In this document: piece after piece, positions 26,065 through 33,385 of the stretch
Layout of the letters: the number at the start of each line of letters is the position of its first letter
Numbering within the stretch: position 1 is the stretch's first letter
Origin: a virus
Taxonomy: Duplodnaviria > Caudoviricetes
DNA: 33,385 nt
Virus record (IMG/VR): IMGVR_UViG_3300031227_000227
Location: 1 to 33,385 of that record
Direction: 5' to 3' (one strand)
Translations under genes and position numbers: made by a program
The notes under the pieces: model-generated
The model's database searches: none
The model's input: the letters and a program-made list of their open reading frames with translations, nothing else
What the model was told of the DNA's origin: nothing

Positions 26065-26686
26065 AGCTATTAGAGAGGTTTTTAAACTAAAGGCAGAGAG
26101 GATGTACGATAGACACCAGAAACGTAGCCTCGACTACGTAGTACGGCTTAGACGTGGAGAATATAGCCTATATCTAGTCTACGATACATTTATTTCTTGT
26201 ATTGAGGTTTTAACAGGTAAGACGGAGCAGATAAAAGGGTTTATACCAAAGATTAGAGATTTGTATTTAAGTATACGATACGGGAAGAGAACGACTAAGT
26301 TAGGCGATGTAGTTCCTGATATTGAATATTACTTGATAGACGATCAGGTTAAGATCAGGAAGTACAACGGAGTACAGGGAAGCTGGAAACAGATAGACGG
26401 AAAGTTAGTTAAGGTAAGCGGAGATACCGAAGCAGTCCCTTATTTTATACCGTGGAAAGAATGTAATCAGGGTTATTACGACGAAGAGTTAGGTACTAGA
26501 ATATATTCCAAAGGGCAGTACAGAGCAGAAATGAAGTCTCAGGGTTTAGTACCGTTTGAAAAGAACATATACGGTAAGAGCAGGGAGACCATGAGAGAAG
26601 AGAGAACGCAAGTAATAATAGATAAAGGCAGGAAGAGAGCTGAAATAGCTTTTAACGAAGGGTTGAAGAAAGTAGGGGCTGTATAG
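26054..26686 (+). CDS. Hypothetical protein between portal and scaffold
   Basis: ORF track. C-terminal YYDEELGTRIYSKGQYRAEMKSQGLVP resembles motifs in small genes at this position in other podoviruses (recalled, not verified). Confidence 0.65.
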   Translation: MFSKAIREVFKLKAERMYDRHQKRSLDYVVRLRRGEYSLYLVYDTFISCIEVLTGKTEQIKGFIPKIRDLYLSIRYGKRTTKLGDVVPDIEYYLIDDQVKIRKYNGVQGSWKQIDGKLVKVSGDTEAVPYFIPWKECNQGYYDEELGTRIYSKGQYRAEMKSQGLVPFEKNIYGKSRETMREERTQVIIDKGRKRAEIAFNEGLKKVGAV

Positions 26687-26838
26687 TCAAGTAACTTGAT
26701 ATAGTTTGTCATTAAAAAAGGACTTATGGTTTGTTGATTGACCATAACAATCAACTATCTTGCCAAGACCGATAGAGGAACAGCAAGAGAGTTAGTGTAC
26801 GCCAAGGACGAAAGTTACAGCGTAATAAGGAGTTAGAA

Positions 26839-27684
26839 ATGACATTTACAGAAGAAGATCCAACTTTGACAGCCGACGACGACGACGGGGAAGAACTTCC
26901 AACAGATCCTAGTCTTGAGCCTAGAGAGGAAGAAGAGGAGACTGAGGAAGAAACGCCCGAAGAAGAAGTCGTGCCAAGCGATGAGGATCAACCCGGTGAG
27001 TTAGCGGATGATGTAAAATGGGATCTAGTAAAGAGGTTTGGGGAGAAGTCGGATGCTGAGTTAGCTACTGAGGCGTTTAAAGCCTACCAGAACGGAGAAA
27101 GAGTTTTCCAGGAAAGAGCTGACGAGTTGAAGACTTACAAAGATGTAGCGGAAAAGTTTGGAGGTTTAGAAGCTCTTAAAAAAGCAATCGATAGTCCAAA
27201 CGCTACGCCAGCAGATCCTATCGATAGTTACTTTAAAAAACTAACTGACGAAGGATATGTAGACCCTCAAGACCCGAAAGATCAGTTACTTATGAATATG
27301 GCTAAAGAGCTATACGGCATAAGAGGCAACATCCAAGCACAGAATCAGTCGTCGACTACGGAAAAGTTTCAAGGTAAACTGACCAAAGATGTTTTGGAAA
27401 AGTATCCACTAGCTAATAAAGAAGCTATTGAGGATGCGGTTTACGCAGGTAAGTGGGGGTTAAACTTAACTCCAGAGTTTTGGAATAATGTTGAAGGCTA
27501 TGCAAAGAAAATGCACGATAGCATAAGCAGTATTGTAGATACCAAGACTACGGAAAAGTTAAACGGAATGAAAGAGCTGTCTAAGAAGTCTATAAGGACT
27601 GGTAAGACACTCAACACAAAGCCTGGTAAAGTTGCTCCTTGGGATGCTTTCGAAAAGGCATTTGATACAGCATTTAAAAAATAG
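26839..27684 (+). CDS. Capsid scaffolding protein
   Basis: Very acidic N-terminus, helical body, C-terminal amphipathic helix (WDAFEKAFDTAF). Immediately precedes the major capsid gene. Confidence 0.75.
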   Translation: MTFTEEDPTLTADDDDGEELPTDPSLEPREEEEETEEETPEEEVVPSDEDQPGELADDVKWDLVKRFGEKSDAELATEAFKAYQNGERVFQERADELKTYKDVAEKFGGLEALKKAIDSPNATPADPIDSYFKKLTDEGYVDPQDPKDQLLMNMAKELYGIRGNIQAQNQSSTTEKFQGKLTKDVLEKYPLANKEAIEDAVYAGKWGLNLTPEFWNNVEGYAKKMHDSISSIVDTKTTEKLNGMKELSKKSIRTGKTLNTKPGKVAPWDAFEKAFDTAFKK

Positions 27685-27696
27685 GAGGATTCTAAA

Positions 27697-28674
27697 ATGG
27701 CGTCAACAAGTGAAACAAGAGTATGGGATGCAGTAGTTACCTCTACTCTTATGGCAGAGATGGGCGATATGAAAGACAATATTGTCAATAACGTCCCTTT
27801 GCTTAATTATTTCGAACAGACTAAGGCGATGGAAAAGAAAGACGGTGGACAGAGAATTAAAGCAGACTTAATGTACGGTAAAAACTCTACAGTTAAGTCT
27901 AAAACTGCTTACGAATTACTAGACGTTACACCACAGGCAGGTATCACCGCAGCGTTCTACGACTGGAAAGAAATTGCAGGTACTTTAACAATTTCAAGGT
28001 TAGAAAGACGACAGAACTCAGGTAAGCATAAAATGTTCGACCTGATTCAAGCTAAGAAGAAACAACTTCTTATGTCTTTCTACGAAGAAGTAAACGAACA
28101 GTTATTCGGAGCTGGAACAGGGAATAACCTAGAAGGTTTACAGGTAGTCGTTCCTGATACTCCAACCACACAGACTTACGGTGGGATTTCAAGATCTACC
28201 GAATCATGGTGGAGGAATCAATACGATGCTTCTGTAGGATCTTTTGCAGCTAATGGATTAGACGCAATTAGAAAGAGATACAGACTTGCAAGTCGTTCTT
28301 ATATCAAATCTCCAATTGATTTAATTATCATGGACGGAGATAGATATGATGATTTCGAAGCTGCACATGTACTTTCAATTCAGTTTCCTGTTTCTGGTAA
28401 GATGAGCGAAAACCAGTTCAACTTAGGAATTGAAAACTTTAAGTACAAAAAAGCAACAGTTATTGAAGATCCAGAGTTAGATTCAACCGGTAGAGCTTAC
28501 GGACTTAACTCTAAATTTATCAAGTTTGTAGTTGATAAAGAGAGTTCGTTTGTAATGGAAGCAGCCGTAACTCCTTCAAATCAGACAGCTACTGTAGCTC
28601 CGATGATTCTAATGGCTAACCTAGCGTTAAACAATGCTAGAAAACAATTCTGCTTATCAGGACTAACAGCATAA
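27697..28674 (+). CDS. Major capsid protein (HK97 fold)
   Basis: 325 aa, strong RBS. DNI..NVPLL, GGQRI, AFYDWK..GTLTIS, LEGL and YGGISR..WWRN motifs typical of a widespread capsid family. Confidence 0.9.
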   Translation: MASTSETRVWDAVVTSTLMAEMGDMKDNIVNNVPLLNYFEQTKAMEKKDGGQRIKADLMYGKNSTVKSKTAYELLDVTPQAGITAAFYDWKEIAGTLTISRLERRQNSGKHKMFDLIQAKKKQLLMSFYEEVNEQLFGAGTGNNLEGLQVVVPDTPTTQTYGGISRSTESWWRNQYDASVGSFAANGLDAIRKRYRLASRSYIKSPIDLIIMDGDRYDDFEAAHVLSIQFPVSGKMSENQFNLGIENFKYKKATVIEDPELDSTGRAYGLNSKFIKFVVDKESSFVMEAAVTPSNQTATVAPMILMANLALNNARKQFCLSGLTA

Positions 28675-28688
28675 TAGGAGGATATACA

Positions 28689-29030
28689 ATGAAAAAGGTT
28701 TTTAGTTTCGCAATTGTAGTCGCTCTTTTAGCAGTGTTAGCAAGTAGTTCGTTTGGTGCGTTTAGTTATACACTTACCAGCAAATCTAAGTTGTTTCAAG
28801 ACTACTTAGTTGCAGGTACTTATACTAACGCAACTGCGGAAGCTAATAGCATTGTTACAGGGTTAGATTACATTAAGGCTTATGGATTAGTAGTTACAAG
28901 CGAAACCGCTACAGGCTTATCAGGTGTTAAGGGAGTTATTTCTAGCGGAAGTATTAATGTTACTTCCAATCAAGGTTCTACGCTAGAAGCTAACCAACCC
29001 GATGGTACCTGGTTCGCAATCGGAAGATAA
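28689..29030 (+). CDS. Putative head decoration protein with signal peptide
   Basis: MKKVFSFAIVVALLAVLASSSFG|A followed by a small beta-rich domain ending WFAIGR. Directly after the capsid gene with a strong RBS. Confidence 0.55.
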   Translation: MKKVFSFAIVVALLAVLASSSFGAFSYTLTSKSKLFQDYLVAGTYTNATAEANSIVTGLDYIKAYGLVVTSETATGLSGVKGVISSGSINVTSNQGSTLEANQPDGTWFAIGR

Positions 29031-29049
29031 TTAAAAGGAGGATTTTAAA

Positions 29050-29493
29050 ATGAGTGGAAGTCAAGTAGTTCCAGGATCAGAAGCCGAATCAGCAGGTATG
29101 CCGTGGTGGGAAGGTGGTAAGAAGTTCGTAATTCTTTACGTTCCTTCTGCTTGTACAGCATTAACACCTTACGCATGGTCTACAGTCGATACGTCTCAGA
29201 GACCGATAATGAGTGCAATGGGAGCAGCCAATACTATTTGTAGAGTAGCAGTCGCTACTAAGACAATGGCAGCCGCAGGATATGCGAAGTTCCAACTTGC
29301 AGGTATTCTTGATGATTTAATTACACCAAGTATTACCGGAGTAACTTCACAGACTCTTTCAATCGCAAGTGCAGTAGTCGCAGCCGGTGGAGCCGCAACG
29401 ATTACTCCTGACGATTTTGCAATTGTTTTAGAGGGAGCAACAGCAGAAGTTTTTGATGTTTATTTACTCGATAGAGAAATAACACCTAGTTAA
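29050..29493 (+). CDS. Putative capsid cement/decoration protein
   Basis: Ala/Thr-rich beta protein (RVAVATKTMAAAGYAKFQLAG) after the capsid gene and before a hairpin. Confidence 0.55.
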   Translation: MSGSQVVPGSEAESAGMPWWEGGKKFVILYVPSACTALTPYAWSTVDTSQRPIMSAMGAANTICRVAVATKTMAAAGYAKFQLAGILDDLITPSITGVTSQTLSIASAVVAAGGAATITPDDFAIVLEGATAEVFDVYLLDREITPS

Positions 29494-29499
29494 TTGGTT

Positions 29500-29528
29500 A
29501 GGGGGAGGAGGATAACTTCCTCCCCTTT
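29500..29528 (+). terminator. Hairpin / weak terminator after the capsid cluster
   Basis: ggggaggagg-ataa-cttcctcccc followed by only ttt. Confidence 0.5.
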
Positions 29529-29545
29529 CCATAAAGGAGGAAATA

Positions 29546-29836
29546 ATGAGAAAGAGACCGTATATAATAATTTTTGCAGGTAAGAAGACAAGGGTTTGGA
29601 TAGATCCATTAAATATCTTTGCTTCACCAGGTGGAGAAGATGTTAGAGATTTAACCGAGGTATGCCCTTTATGTGTAACTGAGTTTAAGAAGAAAGTTTT
29701 AGATAGAGTTGTATTCAATCCAGTTAAGGAATTGAAAGAGATTGAAGAAGCAAAGAAGGAAGTAAAGGAAGTTAAGAAAGAAGTTAAGGTAGAGAAGAAG
29801 TTTAAAAAGAAATGGCAAAAGAAAGGTAGAAAGTAA
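29546..29836 (+). CDS. Hypothetical protein with Lys/Glu-rich tail
   Basis: ORF track, RBS AAGGAGG, CPLC motif. Confidence 0.65.
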   Translation: MRKRPYIIIFAGKKTRVWIDPLNIFASPGGEDVRDLTEVCPLCVTEFKKKVLDRVVFNPVKELKEIEEAKKEVKEVKKEVKVEKKFKKKWQKKGRK

Positions 29837-30105
29837 TGGAAAGTCTAAGAGTTAGTATAACTAAAAAAGAAGCCGAGAGTTTAAAGTTCGGGCAGGAAGT
29901 TACAGTTATGGCTACTGGAAAGATTAAGTCTATTGATAGCTATAGCCTTACGTGTGAACTACCTAAGAAAGACAAGAAAGAAAAGAAGGAAGAGAAAAGA
30001 GAAATCCGCTTGGCTATCGATACGTCAAAGGTTGATGTAAAGGGTAAGGCGAAATCTGCTAAAGAAGTATTCTTTGAAAAGATTAAAAAAGTAGAGGATA
30101 AATAA
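29836..30105 (+). CDS. Hypothetical protein
   Basis: ORF track, coupled to both neighbours. Confidence 0.6.
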   Translation: MESLRVSITKKEAESLKFGQEVTVMATGKIKSIDSYSLTCELPKKDKKEKKEEKREIRLAIDTSKVDVKGKAKSAKEVFFEKIKKVEDK

Positions 30106-31224
30106 ATGCAGTGGAGTTTAGGCGGAATAGTTTCATATCTAAAAGGAATTATTAGACCGGGAGGTTCTTTTAGTACAGACGAAGACTCTTATTTTAAGGA
30201 TCTTATCAATTCAACTATTGATGGGGTTTGTTTATCGTTTCCTATAAGAGAGTTAAGAGTTCCTAACTATTTTATACAGACTGTAGCCGATTACTCCACA
30301 GGAACTGCAACGGCAACTACAGGAAGTAAGACAGTTACGTTAGCTGGGTCTACTCTAACTTACGATATGAAAGGTAGGAAGATTCAGTTAAACAGTGAAG
30401 ATGATTATTATATAATCAAAGATCTTAATACTGCAACTTCTGTAATAACCTTAGATAGAGGGTGGCTAGGTACTACCGCTAGTAGTTTGACTATCTTAAT
30501 TTTCGAGAATAGCTACGCCTTACCTAAAGACTTCAACTGGGGAAAGGGAGTTTTTATATTCGATACTCGCTGGCAACCTTTAGAGAATCAAGACTGGGAC
30601 TGGATTGAAGCAAGAGATCCTTCTTTTACCGATACAGGTACACCAGATATTTTTGCAATAGAAGGACAGCGAGAGATTAGAGAGCCGTATACAGGGACTA
30701 ACACCGCAGATGCAACTACCTCAACAACCGCACTGGTAGATTCTAGCTTAATAGCAACGGCTGATGATTATTATAAAGATTGGTATTTAGTAAATACTAC
30801 CACAGGAGGGACTTCAAGAATAACAGGGTACACAGTTTCAACTACTACTATTCAGCTAGAAGAAGCGATTACAGGACAGGCAGTAGGAGATTCTTATTTC
30901 TTACTCTCTCAAGCCGTTTATATGGCTTTATATCCAAGATATACAGCTACTAGTAACGTAAAGGTAAAGTATTACAGTAAACACCCTTTACTGGTTAATG
31001 ACTACGATATACCTAAGATCCCATCGGACTTTAGGAATTATATCACCGCAGCGGTTTTAGAGATTTGGTACGGTAAGGACGGGTTAGCGATTAGGTACGC
31101 AAATATGAAGGTTAAGGAAGAAATTAATCTTCAAGCTAAGTATTCAAAGGGGCTAAAATCATTCCCAAGAGAAGGGGCTAGACAGATTTTAGGTAGACAG
31201 TTTACATTTAAAGTCGGAAGTTAA
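30106..31224 (+). CDS. Head-tail adaptor (tail tubular protein A-like) with two inserted beta domains
   Basis: Adaptor motifs DLINSTI, YALPKDF, GTPDIF, LYP and YYSKHP.L..D.DIP.IP, interrupted by two Thr-rich inserts. Confidence 0.7.
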   Translation: MQWSLGGIVSYLKGIIRPGGSFSTDEDSYFKDLINSTIDGVCLSFPIRELRVPNYFIQTVADYSTGTATATTGSKTVTLAGSTLTYDMKGRKIQLNSEDDYYIIKDLNTATSVITLDRGWLGTTASSLTILIFENSYALPKDFNWGKGVFIFDTRWQPLENQDWDWIEARDPSFTDTGTPDIFAIEGQREIREPYTGTNTADATTSTTALVDSSLIATADDYYKDWYLVNTTTGGTSRITGYTVSTTTIQLEEAITGQAVGDSYFLLSQAVYMALYPRYTATSNVKVKYYSKHPLLVNDYDIPKIPSDFRNYITAAVLEIWYGKDGLAIRYANMKVKEEINLQAKYSKGLKSFPREGARQILGRQFTFKVGS

Positions 31225-31237
31225 AAAGGAGGAAGAG

Positions 31238-31609
31238 ATGAAAAGAATTTTGTTAAGTTTAATTATTTTAGTAGCAGTCGCAGGAGTTTCGCTAGCGGAT
31301 AGAAGTGTTCAGGCTGGGGACTGGCCGTTATCAAAAGATAGGATTATTTATAACGAAACACTGGGAACAGCAAACACAGTTGAAGGAATAACCCTAACAG
31401 AGCCGTCTGTTTCGCTTAACATTCAAGCAATAGGTGGAGATATTCGCTATTGCGTGGGTGGAACGACTACTGAGGCGTACTGGACAATAGGTCAAGATCA
31501 ATCATTCTGGGATCACTTACCATTTCCGTTAGACGATAATACTGTACTGTATTTTTGGACAACTTCGACTGCAAGTCCTCAAGTGCAAATATTACAGAAT
31601 TATAGATAG
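31238..31609 (+). CDS. Putative virion protein with signal peptide
   Basis: MKRILLSLIILVAVAGVSLA|DR followed by a small beta-sandwich-like domain (IQAIGGDIRY). Confidence 0.6.
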   Translation: MKRILLSLIILVAVAGVSLADRSVQAGDWPLSKDRIIYNETLGTANTVEGITLTEPSVSLNIQAIGGDIRYCVGGTTTEAYWTIGQDQSFWDHLPFPLDDNTVLYFWTTSTASPQVQILQNYR

Positions 31610-31619
31610 GAGGGATTAA

Positions 31620-32468
31620 ATGAAAAAGATATTATTGGGATTCTTAGGGTTACTTTTATTTTGTAACGTGTCGATAGCCGCACAAACTAGCGGAGCTTCT
31701 GAGGGAGTTTTAAACAATAGTTATCTCAGACTAGACGGAACTAACAGTCCGGTTACAGGTGCGGTTACGTTTGATGCTGAAGTATTCTTTGACGCAGATG
31801 TAAACATTGGAGATGTAGGCTCGGACTCACTAACTATATTAAGTAGATTCATACTAAGCGGTGGAGGTACGATTGAATCAACTTCTAATGGGAATATTGA
31901 TTTAGACCCTAACGGAAGTGGTAAGACTAGATTGCTAGGTACTTCTGAGGCTGATGATATTTCGGCTACAATCGCAAGACTCGGAACTCTTACAATGCCT
32001 GATGATTCAGCTAGTGTTATTGTTATGGACGTAGCGGTTACAACCGCAACAGCTACAAACGGAGTTGTTGGTTATATCCAAGCAGTTGATGGTTCACCAG
32101 TTCTTGGTATCTTAGCAACCTCAAACGGATTAGGTTCAATGCTAGCTGGTGGAGTTAGATTCTACGGACATAGAAGGCTTAATAGATCGAATGTTGGGTT
32201 CTCTTCTTATTTTGTAAGTGGAACGGCTGACATTATAGCAATCACCACTACTGAATCGGTTACAGTTACTTTACCACAATCTTTCTCACTTGTTAATGGG
32301 TGGCAGTGTACGATTAAAGACGAGGCGTATAATGCAAGTAGCAATAACCACACCATTACCGGCGAAGGTGGAGCGTTAATAAACAACTCAGCAAGTCAGG
32401 CAATCTCAACTAATGGTGGTTCGTTAAGTATTTATTCAGACGGATTAGGAGCGTTCCACGTTTACTAG
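31620..32468 (+). CDS. Tail fibre-like protein with signal peptide
   Basis: MKKILLGFLGLLLFCNVSIA|A, then fibre motifs YLRLDG, NGNIDLDPNGSGK and a C-terminal VTVTLP..TIKDE..NNHTI..SLSIYSDG domain. Confidence 0.65.
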   Translation: MKKILLGFLGLLLFCNVSIAAQTSGASEGVLNNSYLRLDGTNSPVTGAVTFDAEVFFDADVNIGDVGSDSLTILSRFILSGGGTIESTSNGNIDLDPNGSGKTRLLGTSEADDISATIARLGTLTMPDDSASVIVMDVAVTTATATNGVVGYIQAVDGSPVLGILATSNGLGSMLAGGVRFYGHRRLNRSNVGFSSYFVSGTADIIAITTTESVTVTLPQSFSLVNGWQCTIKDEAYNASSNNHTITGEGGALINNSASQAISTNGGSLSIYSDGLGAFHVY

Positions 32469-32477
32469 GAGGATTGA

Positions 32478-33385
32478 ATGAAGAAATTATTAATAGGTTT
32501 AGTTTTCGGTTTAGTTTCGGTTTTACTCGCTTCTAGTAGTTTTGCAGGTTTTTCAACGGAGCAATTAGTCCTCGATCTTAACATGGGGAACAACACAGGA
32601 GTTGCTGGTGGTGACGTATATGATTCTTCAGGTAATGGACATACTTTTACAGGTGCTGGAAGTATTCCTATGGTTCAGGGTAAAGACGGATATGTTTCTA
32701 ATGATAATTCAGCAGGAACGTATTTAACAAACACAGACGGGAATATATTCGCAAGTTTAAATAGAACGATAGCGATTAAGTTTAGACCTGAATTCGAAGC
32801 TGATGCAAATGATAACTATGTTTTATATGACTCGTTAGCACCTAGACATTCAGTTGATAAACTCAATAATGCAAACAACAATGTACTTAGAATATATTTT
32901 GGAAACACACTTGTTAAGGATATTCCACTAGCTGATTACCAAGGTTCTTGGAATGTAGGAGAAGATAACATTCTTCTTATTACCACTACAGGCAACGCAG
33001 ATACAATGAATGTATGGTTGAATGATAAGCAGGTAGTAACTAATTCAAATACCGCTTTTACTCCTACTGGAGAGGGTGCTTTAGTCACTTGCGGGTCGGC
33101 TACTCAAGGCTGGGATGGAAGGATTTACTACATAAAAGTTTGGAGTAGGATTCTTTCTACTCCCGAAGTAACAGAGTTGTTATCTGATAGAGTAACTAAT
33201 ATATCTACAACTGAAACAACTAACCTAACCCCAACTACTTCAAGAGATGGATTATTACTAGACTTAAACATGGGTAACAATAATGGTACTGACACTGTAT
33301 ACGATACTTCTGGTAGGGGGCTTAACTTTGTTGAAACTGGAGCTGGTGGGATTATTTTTGCCGAAGGTAAAGACGGTTATATAGA
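32478..33385 (+). CDS. LamG/concanavalin A-like tandem-domain virion protein with signal peptide (3' truncated)
   Basis: Absent from the ORF track because there is no stop. RBS AGGAGG, MKKLLIGLVFGLVSVLLASSSFA|GF. Repeat 1 is LVLDLNMGNN..VYDSSGNG..GRIYYIKVWSRILS, and repeat 2 begins LLLDLNMGNN..VYDTSGRG. Confidence 0.85.
   Translation, partial: MKKLLIGLVFGLVSVLLASSSFAGFSTEQLVLDLNMGNNTGVAGGDVYDSSGNGHTFTGAGSIPMVQGKDGYVSNDNSAGTYLTNTDGNIFASLNRTIAIKFRPEFEADANDNYVLYDSLAPRHSVDKLNNANNNVLRIYFGNTLVKDIPLADYQGSWNVGEDNILLITTTGNADTMNVWLNDKQVVTNSNTAFTPTGEGALVTCGSATQGWDGRIYYIKVWSRILSTPEVTELLSDRVTNISTTETTNLTPTTSRDGLLLDLNMGNNNGTDTVYDTSGRGLNFVETGAGGIIFAEGKDGYI

Noticed and set aside
3136-29718. Minus-strand ORFs in the ORF track
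   Set aside because: All lie antisense to well-supported + strand genes and show no recognisable motifs. They are shadow ORFs.
1-33385. Stop-codon reassignment
   Set aside because: Long genes are intact under the standard code, and TAA, TAG and TGA all end genes at sensible junctions.

Overview
The window is a nearly complete genome of a tailed dsDNA phage with podovirus-like (P22-type) morphogenesis genes. It is AT-rich, uses the standard genetic code, and every credible gene lies on the + strand. The gene cut off at the right end (32478->33385, tandem LamG-like repeats) appears to finish at the left end (<1-128). The sequence therefore looks like a circularly permuted genome, with roughly 0.4 kb missing if that gene has two repeats. 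The early/middle region (~11250-22270) has a sigma70-type promoter, an HTH regulator, a Rad52-like annealing protein, a DNA methyltransferase plus PD-(D/E)XK nuclease, a replication initiator and loader, HNH, YopX, a pentapeptide-repeat protein, a beta-barrel-like protein, small membrane proteins and a sigma-region-4-like activator. The late region (22328 to the end, then 1-11225) has TerS, TerL, portal, scaffold, major capsid, adaptor, fibre/LamG proteins, a gp10-like nozzle, ejection proteins including an LPD38-like protein, an amidase endolysin, holin candidates and a terminator. I saw no integrase, tRNA or CRISPR array. The most unusual signal is that seven late-operon proteins, including the nozzle and fibre-like proteins, start with Sec-type signal peptides, while the core head, adaptor and ejection proteins do not. 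This suggests compartmentalised virion assembly. Other notable items are a 24-46 nt repeat encoding 10-aa mini-ORFs at gene junctions, a C4/CI-like RNA structure overlapped by a leader ORF, structured leaders before the methyltransferase and scaffold genes, and a DnaA-box cluster. All family assignments come from motif recognition by eye, not database searches.
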